Assembly: GCF_001194135.2 (NCBI RefSeq)
Contig: NC_068983.1
Coordinates: forward strand, 62,456,780-62,499,223
DNA: 42,444 nucleotides
Direction of reading: 5' to 3'
DNA from: Octopus bimaculoides
Lineage: Eukaryota
Below the pieces are notes generated by a model. That model had not been told where the DNA came from. It did not search any database and saw only the letters and a program-made list of their open reading frames with translations. Each line of letters opens with the position of its first letter. Position 1 is the first letter of the stretch. Below, one piece after another: positions 13,133 to 25,662 of this stretch. Position numbers and translations under genes: made by a program.

Positions 13133-13205
<73 letters not shown>

Positions 13206-13970
13206 AGCGATTGCTCGCCATATCTTTTAGAATACTTTAAAGTCATTGTGATATACTAAAATCTCTTCCTTCTCTTTGATTGTGATGATCATCTGTACAT
13301 TCTTAGATTCTCTTTCTTCCTTTTTGTCTGAGATCTGTGATGTTCTCTTCACACATTTTCTTCCGGTTGCGTCTGGTCATGTTGCTTTGAGTTTCCATGT
13401 TTACCATAAAAAAACTGATGAAAGTAAGAAAGATATCTAAAAATGGGAACCTACCATTGAATTGAACAGAAACCTCTCAATGTTGGAAATTTATTATAGT
13501 TGTAACGCTGTTCTTCTCGTTAATGCTGCTGGTGTTTTGCTTAGGCAGCGCTGCTTCCGTAGACCAATGACCATTATAGTATTTTGGGGGTACTAAATCG
13601 GACTGTGTGTCAGTCATTTTTCAAGTAAGTTAGAAGATTGTGGCACTACACAGAGACACCATCGTTCACTCAGCTCAAAAGTGTAGACACCAAACGAAGA
13701 CGATCTGAGAATTAATACCAGTTCAGAGAGATGCCGTTTCCATCGAAGCTAAAACTATTGACAGTACTAACTGAAAAATAAAGAAAGAAAAATAAGAAAT
13801 TGGAAAAGGAAAACAATATGACAATAGGACACTTTAAAATCTATCGAAAATTTAGTGTATATTGATTCGTGCACACTATATAATTTAATTGAATTACACA
13901 TCAAAACAAAGCGCATACACATTGAAAACAGATATATGTTTTAAGTATATATATATATATATGTGTGTGT

Positions 13971-14018
<48 letters not shown>

Positions 14019-14363
14019 CTGTGTGTATGTATGTTTGTATGTATGTATATATATATATATGTATATAGTATATATCCTTACACACGCACGCGCACAGCAC
14101 AAACCCACACGCATAGACATGGATGTATTGTTCGAAAAATTTCCTATATATGTATCTACATTTTCGGAAAGTGTGAAAGCTTGCCCACACGAAGTTTTAA
14201 TAATCAAATAAATTATATATAATTAGCTTCTGTCGTTAAAATATAGATTATATTGATTCATTTTACTACGTTCTATAAACTGTATTATATATCTTTGTAC
14301 CACCACCATCATCAATATTGTTGTTGTTATATAATAGGATTATTGTTGTTGTCGTTGTTGTTA

Positions 14364-14660
14364 TTATTACCTCCGCCTTCGCTGAGGCGGAGATATTGTT
14401 TTTCAGTCGCGTTTGTTTGTCCGTGGACAAGATATTTCAAGAACCGCTGGACAGATTCAGATGAAACTTTCGGGGATGTTTGTCCTCATAACTGGCACGA
14501 ATTGATTAGATTTCGGGATCGATCTGGTACCGAACAGGTTTTCTGGATTATTTTTCTGATTTTTTACTTAATTTTTGAGAGCGGTCGGGTTCATCTTTAG
14601 TATTTTCGTTTGTGAGAGCAGTTGAGTTTATTTCAGAATTTCTCATTTAGAAAATCATCA
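14364..14660 (+). mobile_element. Helentron-type non-autonomous element (HINE/DINE-1-like), 5' part
   Basis: Begins TTATTAC, then a perfect 8-bp hairpin CTCCGCCT-tcgctg-AGGCGGAG (14371-14392), short GTTT/GTCC repeats and a core ..GGACAGATTCAGATGAAACTTT. This is the architecture of DINE-1-like elements. Confidence 0.6.
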
Positions 14661-14749
14661 AGGTTGTTCATTTACAAAGTCATGTGATAGAGACAAATGA
14701 GAAGAAAGTCCGAGAGAAAAAGGAAAAAAATAGAAAAAAAAAAATGAAA

Positions 14750-15256
14750 ATGCAGTCGATTCTTTCTGCGGCTGTATTCAGTTATGGCTTTATTGATCAT
14801 TAATTGATCTTTACAGTCGTATGAGCCCTTGCAGCATCCCTTCTGCTCTTCAGGAAACAGGTTGTTTTCTTCCAGGTGTTTACTCAATCTCTGCGATATT
14901 ATTGCAGTAAAGGCTTTGTAGATTGTAAGGAGACAGGTTATAGGTCTGTAGTTTTGTGGTTTTGCCGTTTCCGTGGATTTGGGAATTAGGATAGTTTTCC
15001 CTTTCGTGAGCCATTCAGGCATTGTCTCTGGCTCTGCTAGTATGTTGTTAAAGTTTTGAGCCAGCTTTTTGTGCATTCCTGTCAGATATTCTAACCAGAA
15101 ATTGGGGATCTTGTCGTTCCCAGGTGCCTTCCAGTTACTTAGTATTTGCGGTGCCTGGCTGACCTCTTCAGTTGTTATAGGGGTCCAGAGTTGCTCAGGT
15201 GCTAAGTTCGTTGTTTTTATGGTCCTTTTCTGAGGTTGTTCCGGCGATTGATCCAT
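14750..15256 (-). mobile_element. R4/Dong-clade LINE, RT N-terminal fragment
   Basis: Open frame with NWKAPGNDKIPNFW, PEWLTKGKTILIPK, NYRPITCL, EQKGC and DQLMINKAI. Homology ends after RRKNRL. Confidence 0.9.
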
Positions 15257-15783
15257 GATAAACTGTTTTGACGATCGATGTTACTATCATCACGGAGCTT
15301 TCTACAAACATATCCATGCATAGTCTTCTACTTATATAAGCTCATCCTTTCATTTGATGATACGTTGCGGTACAGTCGTGTGACTTCTTTGGGCATGTAT
15401 TCTAAGTTATCAGACAAAGAGTGTTGCTCAAAGAGCTGCCTTCCAAGTCTTATAATGTTATAAGCCTCATCTATGCAAACTTTGTCAAGAGATGCACTTC
15501 GACAATTGCTGGTTAAAAATTTTACCGAAGGGATATGATGCGACATTCAAAGGCATTTTGGACCGATGTTAAGCCTCTGCCGCCTTGTTTTCGTTATAGG
15601 TACAGGCTGTCTACGTCACTGTTTATATGGAAATTATGTATGCTTGTAAGTATTTTTCTGGTTTTCACATCAATAGCTCGGATCTCATCAAGCGTCCAAT
15701 CAAGCAGCTCAAATGCTGGTATGAGTACTGGCACTGCAAACAAATTGTCCAAATGTGGTCCAAATGTTATTTTTTCGGCTGCA
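15257..15783 (-). mobile_element. R4/Dong-clade LINE, RT thumb/post-RT fragment
   Basis: FAVPVLIPAFELLDW..IDVKTRKIL..NSDVDSLYL*RKQGGRGL..MHGYVCRKL..LSW. Same family as 17045-18284. Its 5' side abuts (CATA)n on the sense strand. Confidence 0.85.
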
Positions 15784-17044
15784 ATGTATGTATGTATGTA
15801 TGTATGTATGTATGTATGTATGTATGTATGTATGTATTACATTTTTATGGTGGTATTGTGTTGGAAGTAGAAAAGCGTATAGCCAAATATATAAATAAAA
15901 TAATTACGTATACCATCCACACTTTCCTTATTTCAGCTAATAACTGACTTCAAATTCCACTGAAGTGAGATTTTATTTCATCTCTTTGAGTTTTGTAAAA
16001 TAAATTCCATATATGTTTTGAACATGTTTTTAATAGATTGTGTTACTTTCCAAATAATTTGTAGTCGTTATTTTATTTATTTATTGCTTGAGAGATACAT
16101 TAATAACTTTCTGTCCTGTATTACAAATAATAAATAAATGTTCACATAAGTAGAAAGGGTGAATATAAATATTCAACATTAACAAATGCTCTACTACAAT
16201 ACTCAAACAACATTTACAGTCATTAGTATTATTATTTTCTGGAACGTTACTATATCTGTAAACTGACCTGTCGGTATCTTTACTGAAGTGTTTGTATATA
16301 ATTCCTATTGTGTAAATTACAAATGGTATAATAGAATTATTTCTTAAATTCCATAATTGTAAATAATTAGATATCTACAACGGTGTTGATCATTAACTTT
16401 TCAGCACGTCTTAGCACAACATTGGAGGTATTATGTGTCGCTATGATAATTATTAACTCAGCATTGTCAATTTTGTCGTGGAACATGATACCAAGCTGAT
16501 TATACCACCGTGATGATGATGATGATACACATTGCGACGGTAATGGTATCTTAAAGTAAGTGACCTTTTCTCGTTTGTAGTTCCCATCATGGTGCTCACT
16601 ATGCGGTTATTGTTGAAACATCTATCAATATTGGTGAATCTGAAGGTTTTGCTGCACCTTCTACATAAGCCACTCTCAGTAGATTAGATTCATAACTACA
16701 TTGCCAGCTGAACCTTTTTTCTGTTCCAGAGGTATCCCAAATATTGTAGTCGTTGCTGATTTTAATTTCGTTTAGTCAAAGTCAATACTGAAGCGACCAG
16801 AGCTATGATCAAGGGAATTCCTTTAGACATTGTACTTACGAGTACATTATTCGAAGATTCCTTTTCGAATGCAAGATATTATTAGAGAGAATTTGGCAGA
16901 TGCTTTTAGCTTCCCTCAAACACATTCTTTCTGCTCATCAAAAGCATATTTGCTGTTACTTATAACGCATACTCGTCTGCAGTTGACAACCTCTCCTAAC
17001 AATGTTTGCATGTGGGCATCATCTTCGCTCAGGTTAGATATACT

Positions 17045-18284
17045 GGGATACTTGATTGGTCTGTAGAGTAAATCCACTCTATAGATATCAAAACCCGCAA
17101 AATCCTGACAACTGGGAACTTCCATAGGAACAGTGATGTTGACAGGTTCTGCCTAAGAAGAAATGAAAGTACTAGAGGCCTGAGATCAGTGTAGAAGGCC
17201 TTCGAATGCCATATGGTATCATTCAGGCATCACCAGCTAAACATCAGCAACAAAAATAAATATATTAATGCAGTCCTGAAAAGTGAAGTGAGCAACATTG
17301 TACGAGTTGGCAGTGAACTCCTCAAGAAACACTCTCTTCCTGATGATCTCCTATACAGCCCCAAAACAGCTGGGCTCTCTTAACTCAGAGAACACCTGGG
17401 TGGAAAGCTTTCAGCATACAAAAACAAGACCATGCATGGGTATGTTGCCCGGAGGCTTGAGGAAGACAGTAGAATTGACACGAATCCCAACCTCTCTTGG
17501 ACAGAAGACCACTACATCACGTCACACTTTGAAGGTTATGCGTTTGCAATCGAGGAAAAGGTGATTATCAAAAGTACCTGGTGAACAAGAGGGACAGTGA
17601 CGTTCTTGTAATCCCAAGCTGCAACCGCATGTGTAGGCTATGTCATGTATCTGTGGAAGACATTATACGTGTGATTAGCAGCTGTCCTAAAATGTCGTCA
17701 CGGTACTGCCTCCCTATTTGGTACGATGTTGTTGCTAAAACAATTTACATCCGCAAAAAAGACTGTCCCGAAATAAACTTAGAAAATCCCTGTTATGGAA
17801 TACATTCATAAACACCAACTACTGGTGGAATATTCCCAACAAACCTTCTGTCAAATGTAAGCATAACAGGCCGGATATTGTTGTTTTGAAAAGAGGGGCA
17901 AAGATATGTACCATCATACAAGTTAACTGCCCTGGAGATATAAATATCTCTTTGAAAAATCAAAGAAAAAGAAGATATCTATGGACAACTGCTTCGAAAC
18001 CTCCAGCTTCTATATCCAGACTATGAATATGAATTCATACCAATAATAATTGGAGCAAAGAGAATCTCGATAAACTGGGATTTTCTGAAAGAGAAATTGA
18101 CTGGCTGATTCGTATATTACAAGTGCAATCTGTAAGCGGAACAATAAAAATATGCAATACTTTTGTCAAGTTCCAAATGTGAATTTGTCTTTGTTAACTA
18201 CATCCCAAAGATGGAGCCTTGTATCTTGGAAAGCGGCTCCCTCCTCAGTGGAAGATTTATAATAATTAAAAAAAATAGAAGAGA
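17045..18284 (+). mobile_element. R4/Dong-clade LINE 3' part with CCHC knuckle, RLE endonuclease and 3' UTR
   Basis: GILDW..DIKTRKIL..SDVDRF..MHGYVARRL..FEGYAFAIEEK..CRLCHVSVEDIIRVISSC..HNRPDIVV..FIPIIIGA..TFVKFQM* (stop 18180-82). UTR hairpin GGAGCC/GGCTCC (18213-40), then (CATA)n from ~18285. Confidence 0.9.
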
Positions 18285-18750
18285 CATACATACATACATA
18301 CATACATACATACATACATACATACATGCATGCATGCATGCATACATGCATGCATACATATATACATATATTACACTACGGAAGACGGTAGGAATTATAA
18401 TTTTGTATGACTTAACAGAGTTGTCGCTGTTTAGTTGCGTATTTAGGAGTGGTTGTAATTTACTTATGGAATTTATTTATCGATACGATTGTATATTGAG
18501 TAATTGTGTTTGAAAGTTTTGGTTTCTTTAGTTTGTTTGTTCCCAAATGACACTTATTTTAGTGCTGTTGACACCGCCGGATTGAACAGTACTGCCTAGG
18601 TGTCGAAACCATAATGATATCCGTGGGATAGCTGATGATGGAGGTATGTTGGATAGTTGGTATGGCTATGGAATAGTATTATAACACATCCCTTTGATAC
18701 ATACATACATACATACATACATACATACATACATACATGCATACATACAT

Positions 18751-19137
18751 GGCGATTGTCTGTTCCTTATGCAGAGTCTGACCACCTCTTCTACCTAAAC
18801 CTTAGATCCATCATGGCGTCTGATGAGGCTTTTTAAAAAGACAGTGTATTGAAAAGCCACCCACATAAATTGCGTATCCGATTTGGACCACCAAGAATTG
18901 CAGTTAAGTACTGATCTTTGTAGATTTTGAAATGTCTATTGAAACCTCCGTTAGATTTGCAGACCTTATGTCATACACGGCATTGAAATGTGTGCACAGG
19001 TATGCAGGCAGAGTAGTTGGTGGAGGTTCGTTTGTCATGGGTCCGCAAATGAGATTTGAACCCATCAAAAGAAAGGTAATGGTCTGTCACAAACTGTGCA
19101 CACAAAAAAATCATTGTGATTCACCTTCTCGATCGTA
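18751..19137 (-). mobile_element. 3' end of an RTE-like LINE with three decayed C2H2 zinc fingers
   Basis: FVCTVCDRPL/FDGFKSHLRTH; FQCRV*HKVCKSNGGFNRHFKIY; RIRNLCGWLFNTLSF/KSLIRRH. Then a stop, a short UTR and an (ATGT)n tail. (CATA)n flanks both sides on the plus strand. Confidence 0.6.
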
Positions 19138-19223
19138 ACATACATACATACATACATACATACATACATACATACATACATACATACATACATAAATATA
19201 GAATTACATGCCTTAAATTTTAT

Positions 19224-19467
19224 TTAGAGTTGATGCAAATAAACTAAAAGGCATAAACAGATTCTTTGGTTGGGTGCAAGTTGCGAAATTCAGAGCGTGT
19301 AGATAAGCCTTGATCGAGTAGGCTTATAATCAAAATTTATTTTTATCATACACTTCATGATTACAAAATTATTTCAGAATTCGTGCTGCAGTGTTAGCAA
19401 TTTATACCCATCCAAATATATTAGATTTTGATCTCTCACTGTTAATATTTCTTTGCACCAACCTTAA
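19224..19467. mobile_element. Degenerate mariner-derived MITE
   Basis: Left TTAGAGTTGATGCAAA versus right TTTGCACCAACCTTAA, resembling the TTAGGTTGGTGCAAA mariner TIR. Confidence 0.4.
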
Positions 19468-20545
19468 ATTAGCTTTAAGCTAATGACTATGTAATAAACA
19501 CTATGTCTGATGCTTTCACACACTAAAACGTCTTTCTCTCTCCTACTCTAACTCTGTGTGTGTGCGTATGTGTGCGTGTGTTTGTGTGTATGCGCGTGCG
19601 TATGTGTGTGTGTGTGTAAATCGGTATGTACGTGTGACTCTTTGTATGTATGTGTGTATGAATGTTATATGTTAAATCCTACATACAAGGAATTCCACAC
19701 TACCAAGAACATGTATATGTTAGTATGTATGTATGTATATGTTCATGAATGCATGCATGTTTGTTTGTATGTATGTGCTTATGTACGTATGTATTCATGT
19801 ATGCGTAAATGTGTGGTTGTTTTTCATATGTAGGAACTGATATGACGACACAATTTTCATCTACTAAAGAAGGGTGATATCGCAAAAAGTTCATACACAT
19901 ACAAACGCATTGCATGTGATAAGCAAAGGTGAAGATTCAGACAGTTGCATTAAAGACGTGACATTTTTTCCTAATATTTTACTGTGAATAAAGAATAATT
20001 TTATATGTATGCATGCATGCATTTGTATATATTTGTATGGATGTGTGTATGTATATAGATATGCATTTATGTATATATATATAGAAAAAGATAGATTGAT
20101 AGATGTGGATACATGTATATGTACATGTATATGCATGGATGCATACACAAACACATATATATGTATGTATGTATGTATGTATGTGTACGTACATACGTAT
20201 ATATGTATGTATATATATATATTGCATAACTAATTCCTGATATAGTATACACTTCCTGTAAAAATAGTTCTACATTTGATGTTATCGAATCTCAACAATG
20301 TGTCTTCAAGTTTGGAATTTCGTTCTTTAGAAATGAGTTCTCTGAAATATTTGACAACTGAAACTGGTGCGACACGACGCTCTTATTTATATCAACATTA
20401 TTATGCATAAAATAACTTGAAATTCCTTAGAATTAGTGAGGTTTTATCGTAGCTTCGATCGACAAGATGTTGTTTAATTTTAATCTAAACCTCACTTACA
20501 AAAAAACGTATTGATATCAGTTCACAGTCCATGAATACTTTATGC

Positions 20546-20589
20546 TATTATTATTGTTGTTATTATTATTGTTATTGTTGTTGTTGTTG

Positions 20590-20625
<36 letters not shown>

Positions 20626-20685
20626 TTATTAGCATTAGCAGCAGCAGCGGCAGCATCGTCGTCATCATCGTTTTCATCGTTATTG
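20546..20685. repeat. Compound trinucleotide repeat (TTA/TTG/GCA/TCA)
   Basis: Read directly. It explains the poly-L and poly-I ORFs in the track. Confidence 0.9.
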
Positions 20686-21080
20686 CTAATGTTTCACTCT
20701 CCCCACCTAAAAAAAAAAAAATGGTGGGTAATATCCTGATTGGGATTTGTATCATACAATGATCCATAGAATTATATTAACGCACAAGATTAAATACGGA
20801 TAAACATTTGAGCGTTTTTAGTCGATATATTAAAAAAATTCGATTCCTTTGCCATTCAACTGTTGTCATGAGGAAGTGGAAATTTACTCCCTGAAAAAAT
20901 ATGAAGAAAGGCATTGAATAAATATATACTCATAAAAATACCATATGAATGATTTAATTCAATTTTCATTACAGTTATACTATATTCTCTGTCAATTACT
21001 GAATTTAATAATGTGCTCTATGATGACATCCATAATATTTCGCTCTTTTATTCAGTTTCATTCTTCTCCATTTCTTATAA

Positions 21081-21650
21081 CACTGGTCAACAAAAAAGTA
21101 TTTTTTTATAATTGAAGATGAAAACTACCTTTCCTTAATGTTTTGGATGCTAATTCCTGATCTGCCTTTAGGTTTTCTTCGGCACGTCAATTTTTTATTA
21201 TAGATATGACAGCTTTTATTTTTCTCAATTTTATTAATGCTTAAAATTTATCAAATAACATTTTTTTTACAAAATTTGTTTATTGCTTGAACTGAAACTC
21301 ACTGCATACACGTAATTAATCCATGCATGATCAATATTAACCTCATTTTTATATCATAGTTTCAATTTACATTTTATCGAAGAATACGCACTACACGCAC
21401 ATTTTTTTTTTTTAATCTTGTGAATATGATTTTCTCAAACAATTCTGATCTAGCTCATATCGATATGGCTTCCATAAATAACTCAGCTACCATGCTTCAT
21501 TCCAGAATCAACTGTAATCCTGTATCCATTGTTCGAATATCGAGTTCAAATCGCCGTTCTTGCTCATTACATAGTTCTCAGACATAATAGAATGGAAAGC
21601 CAATTTGAAATAGATTCATTGTGCTAGTTCTTGCGGTGGTCTTCGTGAAC
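21081..21650 (-). mobile_element. Chapaev3-like (CMC superfamily) DNA transposon 3' remnant
   Basis: Minus strand gives CNEQERRFELDIRTMDT..FWNE/SMVAE..LW, matching the SDEQGERFHQDIxTMExRYQGxWxxSMxADYCW C-terminal motif. It ends in ..TTGTTGACCAGTG (CACTGGTCAACAA at 21081). Confidence 0.6.
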
Positions 21651-21899
21651 GAGTGATCTACATCACAGTTCAGAGAAATAAGATGTTTCAAATGTTCTGA
21701 GTTCAGTCCCCACTAGATGTGAGATTTCAAGAACAACAGAAGGACACCTAGGAATCATAACTTAGGTGGGTTCGGCTCCCTTTGCATGACAGTAACTAAC
21801 GAGCCGAAACACTTGGGCCACAGGAGTCTTCTTTGAAGTCTTCTCCTGCTGTTTGCTCGCTTCCTAGCGAGTTTCCATTTACTATGAAAATCTAGGTAT

Positions 21900-24765
21900 A
21901 TTTTTAACGACATCCGACAATCATGGATTTTCCCGACTCTGCTTTTAATACATCAGAACAAACAACATCACAGAACCGAATAATTTGATCAAGGCAGCAA
22001 GTATTCTTGTAGCAGAAAATGTGGTTGTTGATGTCAAGAAAAAGAAACATAATGAGAGTGACAAAAGATAAGATCCACGTTGGAAAATAAAAATCCAGGC
22101 AGGGTTAGACATGCTCCCGAAGGAAATCTCTGTGTTAGACCGAAAAGAGAAAGAGGAGCTTAAAAGCGGACAAAAATACAGGGCGCTGAAAAGGAAGTAT
22201 GATATTGGAAGAAAAGGCCTGGAAGTAGTAGTGGAGGAAAGCGCTTCGTTGCAAAGAAAGCAAAGATGGTAAGATACGACCAAAGAATGAAGGGTTACCA
22301 CCAGAATAGGTTATTAAGAGTAGATCAGAAGAGATTCTATAAAGAAATAAGTGGAGAGTGTTCAGATGAAAAGTTGATACCAGATAATATTGAAAGTCAA
22401 GAGTTTTAGAGTGACATCTGGAGCAAAGACAAGGAGCAAAAGAGGCTGAATGGTTGCAAGAACTGAAACAAACAATAGTCTGTCCAAAACAGGCAAAACT
22501 AGTCATTTCAGTTAGGGAAGTGAAGGAAATCGGCAAAAGAATGAGCAACTGGAAGGCCCAGGGACCAGGTGGAGTTCAAGGCTACTGGATCAAAAGATTT
22601 GGTGAATGTCATGCACTAATAGCTGCGCAACTCAACACCTTGTTAAATGCCGACCAAGGAACATCAGAGTGGTTGACATTGGGTAGGATAGTGTTGTGCT
22701 TGAAAAGCATCGAAAAAGGAAATACAGTAGACAATTACAGGTCGATATCCTATTTGCCACTTATGTGGAAGTTATTGACTGAAATACTCGCAGAGTCAAT
22801 GTACGAACATCATAAAAAAAATGGAGTCCTGCCACATGAGCAGAAGGGTTGCAAGAGTAAGTGCAGAAGTACCAAGAATCAACTCCTGATAGTCAAAACT
22901 GTACTTAGAGACTGCAAGAGGAGGAAAAGTAACTTAGCCATGTCATGGATAGACTATCGTAAGGCGTATGATATGATCCCACATTATTGGATTATGGAGT
23001 TCATGAATCTGGTATTGCATTGAATGTTGAGCGATTGCTTGGAAAAAGTATGGCGAATTGGAGGACGGACCTTACAGCATACGGAAGAAGGTTAGAGACA
23101 ATAGAAATTAGAATGGGCATCTTCCAAGGGGACTGCCTGGTCTCACTGATCTTTGTACTGTGCTTGACACCACTGACACTGATTCTGAGAAAAGCAAAAG
23201 CTTGGTATGTTTTCAAAAACCGCCAGCAAAAAGTCAACCATTTGTTATTCATGGATGACCTCAAACTGTATGGTAAAGATGAAACCCAAGTCAGTTCCCT
23301 CGTTGATACGGTGTATACCTTCAGTGCTGATATCAGAATAAAGTTCGGAGTGAGAAAGTGTGGTGTGTTAGTCTTGAAGAGAGGCAAAATCAAATGTTTG
23401 GACGGGCTAACGATACCGTCGGGGAAGGTTATGAAGCAGAAGCAGATTGAAGAGACGGGCTATAAGTACTTGGGGTTTGGGAAATGGATAAATTGATGGA
23501 GAAAGAAATGACAGGAAAAATTAAGGTGGAGTACTTCCGCAGACTGAGACTGATCGTTAAGTCGAAATTAAACGGACGGAATAAGATCGAAACGGACGGA
23601 ATAAGATCAACACCTGGGTAGTTTCACTCCTTAGATATTGAGCAGGGGTAATTGCATGGACACTAGACGAACTAAGCATCTTAGGCAGAAAGACAAGGAA
23701 GTTGCTAACTAGATATGGGTCACACCACCCCAAAAGTGACAGAGACAGACTGTGTGTACCAGGAAAAGGAGGGGCAAGAGTACTTATTGGTTGCGAACAA
23801 AGCACTAGAGCAGAAGAAAACAACATAGCATGGTATGTAAAAAATGCCACAGAACCGCTTATATTAGAAGTAAGAAGGTCAATCTTGTGTAGGATGAAAG
23901 ATTGCAAAGATAAAGCTCTATACAAGAAATTGAAAATGAATGAAACTGGAAATAGGTGGGTAAAGAAAAGAATGCATGGTCAATTTCATAGGGATGTTGA
24001 AGATAAGACAGAGAAAAAAGATGGCTGTGGATGACTAAAAGTGTTTTAAAACCGGAAACGGAGGCTCTGATTTGTGCTGACCAAGAGCAAGCACTAAGAA
24101 CAATCTACATAAAATACAGAATAGGTATCACAGTAGAAAGTGATAAGCGCAGAATCTGTTGATAAAACGGTGAAAGCGTATGGTATATTACCAGCCAATG
24201 TACGCCACCAGCTCAGAAGGAATATAAGAGACGTCACGACAATAGAGCCAATCTTGTCTATTGGACACTCTGCAACAAGTATGGACTTGACAGAGGAAAG
24301 AACTGGTACGATCACAACCTGAAGGCATCATCGAAAATAGAAATGCAAAGATCCAATGGGATTTTATGATTCAGTGCGACCATGAGATAGAGAATAGGAA
24401 GCCAGACATAGTCTTAAATGAGAAAGAAAACAAACTATGATGGATCATAGACATAGCATGCCCAGCTGACAACAAGTTATGTGATCAGGAAGAAAGAAAA
24501 GTTGAGAGATATGACAGGTTAGCTTGGGATGTTAAGCAGTTGTGGTCGATGAAAAAGGTAGCATTAGTACCAATAATTGTCAGAGCCCTGGAACAGTGAG
24601 TAAAAATCTCGAGAAGTACGTGGAACAAATAGGGGCTGCAATAAGGGTGGAGCACTTGCAGAAAACAGCACTGCTTGGAACCGCTCAAAGGTGTTACCTT
24701 AGTTCACTGGTACTGAACAGCTGACACTGTAGTACATCTCCAGCGTTAGAATCTGTGCAAAGGCA
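21900..24765 (+). mobile_element. Long, frameshifted R4/Dong-clade LINE (RT plus RLE), second family
   Basis: NWKAQGPGGVQGYW, NYRSISYL, EQKGC, WIDYRKAYD, GIFQGD, HLLFMDD (23248-59), YKYLG, MHGQF, RRHD, RKPDIV (PD 24402-07), IIDIACP and LQKTALLGTA. Short UTR, then (ATG)n(AAT)n. Confidence 0.93.
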
Positions 24766-24866
<101 letters not shown>

Positions 24867-24869
24867 TTG

Positions 24870-25075
24870 TTCTAAATTTGGCTCAAGGCCCACAATTTTT
24901 GAGAGAGGGTTAAATTGACCACATCAACTCTAGAGCTCAGCTGATACTTCTTATATCGACGATAAAAGAATAAAAAGCAAAGTTGAACTGGGCGGCGTTT
25001 AAACTTAGCAGCTAAAGAACCAGAAAAATCTGTAGCTGTGCATTTTGTCCCGTGCGGTAACTATTCTACCTCTTC
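24870..25075 (-). mobile_element. Diverged SINE family A copy
   Basis: GGCTCAAGGCCCACAATTTT..TATCGAC..AAAAGCAAAGTTGAACTGGGCGG aligns with 3849-3976. Confidence 0.65.
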
Positions 25076-25622
25076 GCTGAATTCATAACAACATCAGCAA
25101 CAACAACAACAACAATAATAAAAATAAAATTTTCTTGTTTCTTTTTGATAATTGAGTTTTTGGAAATCAATATTGATTTAAGATACAATTACTTTTGTTT
25201 CGTCGGTTAAATTTGCAACTTCTTCACTTTTGCTGATATTCTATTCAGCTGTTTATATGTTTAAAGTAGATATAGCGTAATTACTTAACATTTTTTTCTC
25301 TCTCTTTGTAGCCATCCTTAACACTTCTCATATGTCAATAAAGCGATCAATTCGATTGGCTGACATATTCGTAATTGAAGAATGAGATCAGTTTTATTAG
25401 GATATACATCTCTATTTGTCAACTTCATTGATTTGTTACGAGAAACGCTGCTGCATTTTATAATATAAACACTATATCATAGCTCATACATTTTCTATAT
25501 GGCATGGACAAACAAATGAGTGCAGTTGTTGAACGTATCACTCAACGACAATATAAGAAATGGATTTCGCTTTCCATTACCGGCAGAAATTTATACTCGC
25601 CACCGCATATATGTATACACAT

Positions 25623-25662
<40 letters not shown>

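Noticed and set aside
13545-13624. Plus-strand AG..GTAAGT bounded 80-nt candidate exon
   Set aside because: Stop codons in all three frames.
16540-17044. Possible inverted 5' segment (twin priming) of the plus-strand Dong copy
   Set aside because: Only faint motifs (RKYNV, YNIWD); too degenerate to support without alignment.
18600-18665. GAAAC..CTGATGA arrangement suggesting a type II hammerhead
   Set aside because: Stem II cannot form and stems I and III need several mismatches.
21700-21890. GC-rich hairpins (TTCGGCTC/GAGCCGAA; CTCGCT/AGCGAG) upstream of the Dong element as an HDV-like ribozyme
   Set aside because: I could not build the nested double pseudoknot, and the element appears 5'-truncated.
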